A stretch of 64,000 bases of DNA from contig JBHGNT010000015.1 of the NCBI GenBank assembly GCA_043228905.1, positions 18,662,001 to 18,726,000 of the forward strand, read 5' to 3'. This document shows positions 12,577 to 24,255 of the stretch, in pieces (the first letter of the stretch is position 1; each line of letters starts with the position of its first letter). The notes beneath the pieces are model-generated. The model made no database searches. It worked only from the letters and a program-made list of their open reading frames with translations, and was not told where the DNA came from. The translations under genes and the position numbers were made by a program. The DNA comes from Azolla caroliniana. Its lineage: Eukaryota; Plantae; Polypodiophyta.

Positions 12577-14464
12577 CACAATGTTGGCATAAAAGGCCGA
12601 CTCCTTCCACTTTGTATCTTAGTGTGAACACACCCAAATAGTTAGGGCTTAGAATATAAGCTCTAACCTAACATTGTAATATCATCTTCTTGTATCTCGA
12701 GTCTTTGAGAGAGTGTAAGAGTTATAGAATAACGAGAGCTTCGAACCATGTCTATGTTACCATCTATTTCTTCTGTCATATTCTCTGTGTTGTTTGTTGT
12801 GCAAATAACCTACAAGTCCTCGCGTACTTGCATACATATCAAACGCCAAAGCCAACAATTGGTATCAGAGCGACTTGTTATTCAACGGGAACAAAACAAC
12901 AAAGAAAGCTGAAAGAAAAGACATGGTTAGAAAAAAATCTCACTTAAAAAAAGAACATGGCTTCAACATCCAGTACAGGAGTTGAAATTCGCAAGTTCGA
13001 TGGCAAAAACTTTACCTTGTGGAAGGAGATGATGTAGGACGTGTTGATCATCAGAAGACAGGTCGAAGCCATTTGACATAGTGAAAAACCTACTTCGATG
13101 ACAACCGAGGAGTGGAGATCCAGACGAAATCACGAGCTCCACCATTCGAATGCATATGGCCGAAAACGTTTACTTTAGCATGGCCAAGGAGACGACACCA
13201 TTCTTGTTATGGGAGAAGTTGTAGGTTGTATACGAAAAGAAGTCCTCATCTTCGAAATTGGTACTGATCAGACAACTATTCAACATAAAGATGAGAGAAA
13301 CCGATCCAACCACCTCCCACCTCAACACCTTCAACTGAGTGTTGTATGAACTCTCCTCCGAAGGGATTAACTTCGAAGAAGAAGTGAAAGCCCTTGCCCT
13401 CCTATCGAGCTTGCCAGCGAGTTGGGAGGTATTCTACACGACATTTGCCAATAGCCGACCAAATCTAAATCTAGAGGAAATAGTCGGCCAAGTCCTCATA
13501 GAGGAAATTCGGCGAAAATCGATGGGACTCACCATCGATGAGTCGGCAAAAGCCCATCACTCAACCGAGTCGATCGAGAGAACAAGCTGAGAGAACCGGT
13601 CAAAATCATAGTTGATCAAGAACGAGGGGAGACCGACAATGGTTGAAGTCGAGAACGAGTCGATCAGGCGAATGTTGCACCACTGCAGAAAAGGCGGTCA
13701 CAAGATTTCCGACTGTTGGTTGATCAAGAGGAAAGAGAGTGGTCGGAGATCTGAGCAGAATTGAGGACGATCCGACTCGAACCACTCTCCAGTTGACAAC
13801 CAATTCAATGTTGTCGACAACCAATAGGGAGAAATCCTCTCCTTAGAGGACTCAATGATCGGAGAAGTCCTCTACAATGCACAAGATGCACATACGTGGT
13901 TGTTAGATTCCGGTGCCACATTCCACGTAACCCCTAACATCGAATGGTTTTCAAACTATTCGACCGACATCAACGACACAGTCCGACTAGGCAATGGGCA
14001 AAAGTGTAGGATTGCAGGAATTGGTGAAGTACCAATTTGACTGTCAAATGGCAATATGATCATCCTGCACCAAGTTCGGCATGTACTCGCACTAAAAAGG
14101 AGTCTGGTCTCCATCGACATGTTAGCCGAGGACAGGTACAGAACGACTATGAGTGAGTCGACATGGATGATCAGTCGTGGAAATATGAAAATAGGAAGCG
14201 GACGCAAGTTCAATAACTTGTATCCAATAATGGCAATCAATCCTGAAGAGGTCGTGAACATAGTTGAAACAACCAACCCGCACTTATAGCATGGCCAACT
14301 CAGCCATAGGTCTCAAGCTAAACTCGATCAACTGATGGTGGTTGTCTACATTCCGAAACTCCAAGCAAAGACGGACTTCTGCGAGCATTGTCGATATGGG
14401 AAACAGAGCCGAAGTCCGCACTCTCTCCATTATAAGACGGTACGACAACCCCTAGAGCTCGTGT

Positions 14465-14849
14465 TATCACAGACGAGTGTAATAGAGTATAACTGAGACA
14501 GGAGAGAGAAAAAGAACAAGAACTTGACTTATGATTCCGTAGAATCAAGGTGCACCTGAGTATTTATACAAAAAGGTAGAGATATGGAATGCATGAAGAT
14601 CCATGCAAGCTAGAAATAGAGAATGCATGTATGCAAGCTAGTAAAAGAGAATGCATGTAAGCAAGCAAGGAATAGAGAATGCATGCAAGCCAGGAACTTC
14701 CAATGTTTAATCTACCATACATGAAGTTGGATTTTAATACAAGGATGCATAAATGGATGTAGCTTAGTTAGTAGGGTTGCCCAATGGAAACCAGGAGGTT
14801 TTGGGTTCAATCTCTACCTTCCACCATGGTGTGGCAAATGTCTATGACA
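14465..14849 (-). mobile_element. Solo LTR of a Gypsy/chromovirus-like family inserted in the Copia-2 integrase
   Basis: Minus-strand termini TGTCA...TGATA, TSD CGTGT/CGTGC (14460-14464 / 14850-14854), TATAAATA on the minus strand. It has the same layout as the chromovirus LTRs at 17112 and 48701. Confidence 0.85.
14753..14825 (+). promoter_or_regulatory. tRNA-like sequence with Pol III A/B boxes in the solo LTR U3 (antisense to the element)
   Basis: TGGATG-TAGCTTAGTTAGTAGGGT...GGGTTCAATCTCTAC-CTTCCACCA. It matches canonical TAGCTCAGTTGGTAGAGC at 14/18 and keeps acceptor-like TGGATG/CTTCCA pairing. Confidence 0.7.
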
Positions 14850-17127
14850 CGTGCACACAGATATATGTGGGCCCATGCCTGAACGATCAGTAGGAGGCTC
14901 CCGGGATCTTAGACATCAAAAGATCGTTCCATATACACCCATACAGAATGGAATGGCCAAACGATCCAAGAGAGGGTGACAACAATGCTCCAGCAAACCG
15001 AACTAAAGTTGGACTTCTAGGCTGAACGATCCAAGAGAGGGTGACAACAATGCTCCAGCAAGCTGGACTTCTGGGCTGAAGCATTGCAGACAGTAGTATA
15101 CCTGATCAATCTATCACCGTTGAAAGTGATAAGGCTCGAAGTGCCACACGCACTATGGTCGAGCAAACAGTCAACCTATGATAGGCTCCGTATATTCGGA
15201 TGCAAAGCCTACACATTCATCCTCATAGAGGAAAAGGACCAAGTTGGCACCCCATGCAACTAAATGCATATTTCTTGGTTATGGAACCGATGGGGACTTC
15301 AGCTACCACTTATGGGACCCAGAGAACCGGAAACTAATCTGGAGCAGTGACGTAATCTTCAATGAAGACTCTATTCTCTCTAAGAGGAACTAGCAAAAAA
15401 TAGTTGGTAAAAAGGTATCATTTGAAGTTGACAAAGATGTCGTAGAAGGACTGACCCATCGGGCCGAATCAAAGATTTGACAAACAGTCGAACTCGACCA
15501 AGCCATCAATACACCTGCCAATTCAACCTGCCGACTCTGAATTGGCAAGAGGTCCACTAATTGAAATGGATTCGACGAAGAGATTGACAATATCAATACT
15601 AGCCAACAAAGGCAAAGTTGAACCGACAAGAGTTGAGACAGGCAAAGCCAAGAAGTGCCAAGCCGAAAAGACAGAGTCGATTCGGCTGACACACCAAAAA
15701 AGGCTAAGGGGAAAAGCCGACATGAGTCAGCTAAGACTCCTATCCTCAAGTCAATTGATCCCGAAGCAGGGGAGGATGGCGTAACACCCCTGAACTCCTA
15801 TTACAGGGGCGAGTCATCCAAAAGGACTCGTGACATAAGTGGTTCAACAAATGCCGATCGAACGAGAAAGCCGATTGAAGGATCCGAACCGATCAATACG
15901 ACACTCAGGAGATCCCGACGAGCTCGAAGGTTGACAAAGTTCTATCAATCGGGCCTCGACTACATCAACTACACAGATGCAAGTGAACCAAGCACATACA
16001 AAGAAGCCCCAACACATGGCTACAAGCCATGCAATCCGAGATGGACTCGATTCACTAGAACCAGACATGGGAGTTAATCGAACTACCAGCTGGAAGGAAG
16101 CCACTACCTTGGAAATGGTTCTTTCGGTACAAATATGTCTCTGATTCAGAAAAGCCCAAATACAAAGCTCGGCTCATCGCAAAAGGGTTAAAATGGGAAC
16201 ATGGGGTTGACTACGACAATATTTTCTCCCCAATAGTCAAGATGACCACCCTTTGACTCCTACACGGGGTCGTGGCGATAGAGGACCTAGAGCTTGAGTA
16301 GTTGGACACCAAGACGACATTCCTACACAGAGACTTGGAAGAGGACATTTACACGTCCCAATCGGCAGGCTTCACGACGACGGGGGAGGAAGGTCACCTC
16401 GTATGTTGACAGAAGAAAAGCCTTTATAGCTTAAAACAAGCACCGAGGATGTGGTACCAAAAGTTCAATTTCTACATCCGACAGCTTGGCTACAGTCGGT
16501 CCAACTCTGACCCATGTCTATATACTCGGCAACTGGCCGATGAGTCCCGGATCTATCTTACCCTATATGTCAACGACATGCTGATTGGAGGGAGCAATCA
16601 AGCCAAAATCGAAAAGCTAGAGCGGAGCCTTCACGAAAAGTTCGCGATGAAGGAATTCGGACTAGCCTGACACATATTGGGCATGAGGATCGAGCGAAAT
16701 CAGACAACGAAAACTCTCTGACTCTCCCAGTCCGACTACATCTGAGAGGTGTTGAGCACTTCAATATGAAGAACGCGAAGCTAGCACCAACACCGCTATC
16801 AACGCCGATTCAACTATCAGACATAGACTCTCTTTCAGCGAACGAGGAGAGAGAGCTCGATAGGATGATACCATACGCATCGGTCATAGGAAGTATCATG
16901 TATGTAATGGTGGCGGCCCAACTTGACCTTGCCAATGTCATAGGGGTCGTCAGTCGCTACTTGTCGAACCCAAGATGGAAGCATTGGGAGACTATTAAGG
17001 ACATCTTCAGGTAAGGTAGATGCACAACTAACTTTCGGATCGGCAAACCCGATCGAATTCGAACAATTAGAAGTCGACATCAGGATACATCTTCACCTTT
17101 GGCGATGGCGTTGTCATGATATGGCAA

Positions 17128-17181
17128 GACTCGAACCCATGACCTTAGGTTATATGGGTCGAGCTCTTGACCATTAGATCA
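17128..17181 (-). promoter_or_regulatory. tRNA-like A box / B box in the Gypsy-A 5' LTR (repeated in the 3' LTR)
   Basis: Minus strand A box TGATCTAATGG (17181-17171), 33-nt gap, B box GGTTCGAGTC (17137-17128). Confidence 0.7.
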
Positions 17182-17545
17182 TCTATTGTAATACGTAGGA
17201 TATTATTTTCATTTACATTTTATTATAGGAAATTAGTGTATATTCCAGATTTCTCTGGAACAAGAAGCTTCAGGATTACTCCTGAAAACACTATAAAAGA
17301 GGGCACTAGGCATTATGTTGAACCAAATTGGTTCAACGCTAGTCTTAAGCCTTTTAGCCACCATTATATATTCTCTTCATATAATACATATCTTTCTTAT
17401 CATCACACACACTCTCTCTCGATCTCTCTCTTTCTCTCTGTCTCGCTCACTTCTTCCTTCTCTCGAAGAAGTTCCACACCTCTCATAGTACTAATCCTTC
17501 GTTTAGTACTAATTCCTTCTCTGTCTCAATACTGTTCATGATAGT

Positions 17546-17557
17546 TTGAACCAATTT
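17546..17557 (+). other. Self-priming PBS of Gypsy-A
   Basis: TTGAACCAATTT lies 2 nt after the LTR and is the exact reverse complement of AAATTGGTTCAA (17325-17336), 33 nt downstream of TATAAAA (17292). Confidence 0.8.
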
Positions 17558-17617
17558 TCCCTACCTTCTGTCTCTCTCATTTCCTACTAATCTTTTATTC
17601 CTCTTTTCTTTCATCCC

Positions 17618-18769
17618 ATGGCCACTGTTAGTGCTGCAGAATATCAATCTATTTTCTCGGAATTTCAATGCTTGAAGGAGAAGTTCCATGCTTTGGAACA
17701 AGAAAACCAACGGTTGCTGGGGGATCTTCAACAAATCTCCTTAGAAAATCAGCAAACGCAACAACAACATGGGGAACTTGCGTTACGCGTGCAACAACTC
17801 GAAGCAACCATTGTAGCGATGCAACAACAAGGGCCTGGAACACAAGGGATTCATAAAGAACCCAAGATTGGCCTTCCCATGAAGTTCGATGGAACGCGAT
17901 CGCAGTTTAGAGGGTTCCTTAACCAGGTACGATTAGTTATTCAAATGCATCCTTCCCGATATCCCACCGATGCATCACGAGTGGGTTTAGTAGGCACTTT
18001 GTTAAGTGGCTCTACGTTGTCATGGTTCGCTCCACTATTAGAAAAGGAATCTCCGTTACTCAACAATTTTGAAGAGTTTCTAGGTGAGTTTAAAGCATGT
18101 TTCGGAGATACTGACAGCATCAGGACCGCAATCAACAAAATCCGGCGATTACGCCAAGGTGACCGTCCAGCCTCTACATACGCTACAGATTTTTGCCTAC
18201 TTGCCGTCGATATCCCTTGGGATGATCAAGCGTTGATGGAGCAATTCCGTTATGGTTTACGCAACGACGTCAAGGATTTACTATTGACCTTCCCCGAAGA
18301 GCCAAAGTCCTTAACAGAAGCAATCAGTCGCACGGTGAGATGTGACAACCGCCTCTTTGAGCGACGTTCGGAATGACAACTACAGATGCCGAGGGCAAGA
18401 TCAGAGCCCACCTACGCCTTAGTGGTAGCAAGACCTTTTCCAAGGGAGTCATATAATGCGCCTCCAGCGAATACTCCGACTCCGATGGAGATTGACACTA
18501 CACGTCGTCGAGGGCCATTATCCGAAGAAGAAAAGCAGCGACGTCGTACAAATCGACTATGTCTTTACTGCGGTGGACCAGGACATATCGCAATAAATTG
18601 GCCCCATAGGCCAAGAAGACAGGTAAACCAAATAGTCGCTAGTTCTAATTGTACTAAATCCGAGCCTATTTCAGTAGGGATATCTGATAGTCCTAATAGT
18701 ACTAATATCCCAGATCTAGCAAACAAATTTGATGTCCTTAGTCAGTTAGAAGAAGAGTTAAATGACTAA
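17618..18769 (+). pseudogene. Gypsy-A gag (one internal stop at 18374-18376)
   Basis: PEG10/sushi-like gag (PMKFDGTRSQFRGFLNQ, PMEID, LCLYCGGPGH). ORFs 17618-18376 and 18386-18769 are in the same frame. Confidence 0.9.
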
Positions 18770-21700
18770 GTCCAGCCAAAATAGGAGACGTTTGGTTGGA
18801 CAGCCCTAGATCTGTGCAACCCATTAGTGGTTCCATTCCCTCTAAGCAAGTTAGTGATGTGTTCGTAGCCCAAGTAATAGTTAGTACTAAAAGTACCCCT
18901 CCAGTACATGTCCTAGCACTCCTAGATTCCGGAGCTAACTCTTGCTTTTGGATAAGAAATTTGCTCAAGCTCATAAGATATCCCTAAGAAAACTCCAGTG
19001 TCCAACCTCTGTAGTAGTCATTGATGGACGTCCCATTGCTTCCGGAAATATCATAGAAGAGTCAGAGCCCATTAATATTGTCCTAGATAACTTAGCATGT
19101 GTAGTATCATTTAATATTATTAGTATCCCAGAACATCCTATAGTTTTAGGATTACCGTGGTTCGAGTTACATAACCCAGACATAGATTGGAGAACAAGAG
19201 AAATCCGGTGTCGACAAACCCAAGGGTCAACTCAGAAGATGGCAACCATTTCGCTACGTCAGTTGCGTAAAGAAGGGCGCAAGGAGGAAATGTTCCTCTT
19301 TGCAATATCAATAAACCCCTCCAGCACCACTAAAGAAGAATCCACCGTTCAACTTCCTGAGAAGTATCGTCATTACGCCGATGTGTTCGATAAAGTACAA
19401 GCCAACACACTTCCTCCTCATCGACCGTACGATTGCCCCATCGATTTACAACCGGGAAAAGAGCCGCCATGGGGACCGATCTACAATTTTTCACCAACCG
19501 AGCTGGAAGTCCTTCGGGCCTATATAGAGGAGAATTTGGAAAATGGTTTCATTCGGCATTCGAAATCTCCAGCCGGCGCGCCCATTTTCTTCGTAAAAAA
19601 AAAAGATGGATCGCTTCGTCTCGTTGTAGATTATCGTGGCTTGAATAAGGTTACAATCAGGAATAGGTATGTTCTTCCCCTTATCTCAAGTCTTTTAGAA
19701 CGGATCAATGGTGCCAGGTTCTTCATGAAGATCGACTTACGGGGAGCATATAACCTCGTACGGATCCGACCAAGAGACGAATGGAAGACCGCGTTTCGCA
19801 CCAAATATGGGCACTTCGAGTATACGGTCATGCCGTTCAGCCTCACTAATGCGCCGGCAGTCTTCCAGCACATGGCTAATGATATATTCCGAGATCTATT
19901 GGATGATTGTTTGATCATCTATTTGGATGATCTACTGGTTTATTCAAAGACCCAAGAAGAACATGATTCTCATGTACTATTAGTACTAAAACGACTTCGA
20001 GAACATGCTCTGTATGCAAAGCTGGAAAAATGTAGTTTCGGGTGCAACCAAGTGGAATTTCTCGGCTACATCATTTCGTCAGAAGGCATCTCCATGGACC
20101 CAGCTAAGGTCAAAATGGTGGTAGAATGGCAGACTCCGTGTTCGGTGCGGGATGTGCAATGCTTCTTAGGCTTTGCCAATTTTTACCGGAAGTTCATACA
20201 AGATTACTCAAAGATCCTTCTACATCTCACACAACTTACCAGGAAGGGACAACCGTTCATCTGGTCTGAAGAAACGGATATGGCTTTCGAGATTCTTAAA
20301 AAGGCATTTACATCGGCTCCAATTCTAGCTCATGTCGATCCGGAAAAACCATTCATTATCGAAGCTGACGCATCGGATTTTGCATTGGGGAGCATTCTGT
20401 CACAACAGGGGAATGATGAGAGGCTACATCCTGTGGCTTTTCACTCACGCAAGTTTGACACCGCCGAAATCAACTACGAAATTCATGATAAGGACCTATT
20501 GGCAATAATGGATTCTTTTATGCAATGGAGGCATTTTCTGGAGGGATCCTCTCATCCAGTCACCGTATTTAGTGACCACAAGAATCTTGCCTACTTTCAG
20601 GATGCTCGTGTGTTGAATCGACGTCAAGCTCGGTGGGCCCACTTCCTCACGCGTTTCGACTTCAAAATTACATATCGTCCGGGGAGGCACCAAGGGAAGG
20701 CAGATGCATTATCACGACGTTCGTATCTAGCACCCCGTCCCGGCGAGCTAGCTTTCGATAACAAAAAACAAGTCATATTGGGACTGGCACGACTACAAGC
20801 AACACAGATCTTTGACATGCCTATGGATTCCCGCGTTATCGATACCATACGTGAAGACTTGAAGACAGATGCGTTCGCCCAAGCTATACTAGCACAAATT
20901 GATCCCTCTCGAGCGTCGTGTTCACAGTCGCAACCACCAGGTACGGACTATCGGCAATTCAAATACCATGATGGATTACTCTTCTTTAAAGAACTTTTGT
21001 ATGTTCCTAATGGTTCTTGCCGCCTTCGAGTAGTACAAAACTGTGATGACACATATACAGTTGGGCATTTTGGTAGTACTAAAACATTACATTTAGTACA
21101 ACGAACATTCTGGTGGCCCTGTATGCGACAATTTGTCGAGGATTTTGTTCGGACTTGTAATACATGTTGCAGAGCGAAAATGCCAAGGCATCATCCATAT
21201 GGTTTATTAGAACCATTACCAATTCCAAGCAAGCCGTGGCAATCCATTGCTCTAGACTTCATCACAGATCTTCCAGTCTCTAAGGGGTTCAATGCGATTC
21301 TAACGGTGGTCGATCGATATACGAAGATGGCTCATTTCTTGCCATGTACTAAGGAGATCTCTAGTGAAGACATTGCCGAAATTGTCATGCGTGAAGTATG
21401 TCGGCATCATGGACTTCCCGATAGTATCATCAACGACCGTGGACCCCAGTTCGTGTCAAAATTCTGGAAGCACCTTTTTAACATGCTCAAGGTCACTTGT
21501 AACCTCTCCTCTGGCTACCACCCACAAACCGACGGCCAAGCTGAACGAACAAATCAATCGTTGGAGCAGTATCTGCGGTGCTTTCTCAACTATCATCAAG
21601 ATGACTAGGTAGATATTCTCCACTTTGCCGAATTTGTCTATAACAACTCTATCCACGCATCCACTAAAGTTATGCCATTTTATGCTTATACGGGATGTCA

Positions 21701-22277
21701 CCCCCAGTGGAGTGTACTTGAAACCCCAGAGGTGTCCACAAATCCGTGCGCGGAGGATCGTTTGGAGCAGTTACACAAGATACAAGCGGATTTATCTACT
21801 CACCTCCAACAAGCTCAACAAACACACAAGGTCTACGCGGATCGTCATCGACTTCCATCCAATTTTAATATTGGAGATCGGGTGTGGCTGCTACGACGAC
21901 ACATCAAGACTACTCGTCCATGTGAGAAGTTAGATTATCGGCGATTAGGTCCTTTCCATATTATTGGACAGATTAATGATGTCGCTTTTCGTCTCGATCT
22001 ACCTCCTCAACTTCGGATACATCCGGTGTTTCATAGTTCTCTCCTCGAACCCTACCACAAGAGCACCATCCCAGGACGTCTTATCCAACCTCCACCCCCG
22101 ATCGAGCTTGAAGATGGGCCGGAGTACGAGGTTGCCGCCATCCTTGATTCCAAGATTGTTCGCAACAAGCTCTACTATCTAGTCGATTGGCTAGGCTATA
22201 GCCCCATCGAACGTACTTGGGAACCGATCGAGAATGTGACCAATGCTCGTGCTCTTCTTGAAGACTTCCATTGTTAA
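18757..22277 (+). pseudogene. Gypsy-A pol (PR-RT-RH-INT-CHD), disrupted
   Basis: LLDSGA protease, YLDD RT, EADASD RNase H, INDRGPQF / HPQTDGQAER integrase, GPF motif, chromodomain EYEVAAILD...VDWLGY. Frameshift near 18950 and stop at 21606. Confidence 0.93.
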
Positions 22278-22639
22278 TATCCACACAAACCAGGTCCTCA
22301 ATCCAAGACGACTCGTGACACTCGTCGTTTTAAAGGGGGGATAGTGTCATGATATGGCAAGACTCGAACCCATGACCTTAGGTTATATGGGTCGAGCTCT
22401 TGACCATTAGATCATCTATTGTAATACGTAGGATATTATTTTCATTTACATTTTATTATAGGAAATTAGTGTATATTCCAGATTTCTCTAGAACATTCTA
22501 GAAGCTTCAGGATTACTCCTGAAAACACTATAAAAGAGGGCACTAGGCATTATGTTGAACCAAATTGGTTCAACGCTAGTCTTAAGCCTTTTAGCCACCA
22601 TTGTATATTCTCTTCATATAATACATATCTTTCTTATCA

Positions 22640-22764
<125 letters not shown>

Positions 22765-23769
22765 GCTCACTTCTTCCTTCTCTCGAAGAAGTTCCACACC
22801 TCTCATAGTACTAATCCTTCGTTTAGTACTAATTCCTTCTCTGTCTCAGTACTGTTCATGACAGGCGCCATATCATGGAGGTCAAAGCTGCAAGACTACA
22901 CAGCCTTGTCTACCACAAAGGCTTAGTACATAGCAACATTAGAGGCAACAAAGGAAGCAATCTGGTTGCACCAACTGTCAGCCGACTTCAACGACAAGTC
23001 AAATCGACCAACATCCAACGCTGACCAATTACTGCGATTCACAAAGCACAATACACATCATCAATAATCTTGTCTATCATGCAAAGACAAAGGATATTGA
23101 GGTGTGGTATCATCACATCCGGGAGCTAATAACAGAAAAGAAGCTCAAAGTCCGAAAGATCGACATCGAGGCGAACATTGTAGATTGCATGACGAAGCCA
23201 CTCCAAGAACAACGCTTTGAAGCACTAAGGACAAAGATGGGACTACGACAAGTGATCGAACCAAAGAGTGTCGAGCATGGAGCAGAAGGAAAGTCGATCC
23301 GAACGATTCCGACAAACCGAACCAAATGACCAACCGAATGAGGTTAGATACTGATCTCACCTTTGCCGACTTGGCCATATGCCGACTGACATGTAATTAC
23401 AACTTTAGATTTGCAATCTAGGTTTACGGGGGAGATAACCCCAAATAACTTGTATACGTAGGAAAGAGTAGTCCTTTTATGGGGGAGTTTGTTGGCATAA
23501 AAGGCTGACTCTTTCCACTTTGTATCTTAGTGTGAACACGTCCAAATAGTTAGGACTTAGTATATAAGCTTTAGCCTAACATTGTAACATCATCTTCTTG
23601 TATCTTGAGTCTCTAAGAGAGTGTAAGAGTTACAAAATAACGAGTGCTTCCATTAGAGCTTTGAATTGTGTCTATGTTTCCATCTATCTCTTTTGTCATA
23701 TTCTCTGTGCTGTTCTACAAGTCCTCACGTACTTCCGCATACATATTGAACGCCAAAGCCAACACACAA

Positions 23770-24255
23770 TGCTAGCTTCTTCAATGCCTTCTTGCTTCTT
23801 TATTAGAATACATCAATGCATAAACCAATAGTCAACATCATTGGCTAATGGTAGTGCTATTGAAAAACTTTGAAATCCCATCTCCCAAACACACATAACA
23901 TATCGACTTGGTACCTCGAGTTATTCTATGTATCTCCAAATATGGTCATAAGACGTCATATTAAAAGCTTTCATGAAGTGTACCAAACACCATAGCAATT
24001 TATCCTTCAAATGACTTTATTGTATCAACACTTAAGAATGACAAGTTGATCAATGGTGCTATGGTGTTTTTAAAAACTAGCTATTCGTAAGGCCTCTTAC
24101 CATTATTTTCAACCCAAGCACTTAATTTTGATTCTACATCCAATTAGCTTTGTCGTAAGAGAGCCAACCATGTTTTTTCAAAAGTTATACACATTATTTA
24201 TATCTCCCCCTTCATATAAAGGTTTGTGCCAATTTGTACTCCAATCACGGGGCAT
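23770..24255 (-). pseudogene. Degenerate RTE-like LINE reverse transcriptase (host of Copia-2)
   Basis: Minus-strand peptides PRDWSTNWHKPLYEGGDINN, MVGSLTTKLIGC, AWVENNGKRPY, HHSTIDQLV, CLVHFMKAFN...IWRYIE*LEVP and GLCID occur in non-LTR RT order. Confidence 0.75.

Noticed and set aside
14753-14825. Functional tRNA gene
   Set aside because: D, anticodon and T stems are decayed, no anticodon can be assigned, and it lies inside an LTR. Reported as tRNA-like only.
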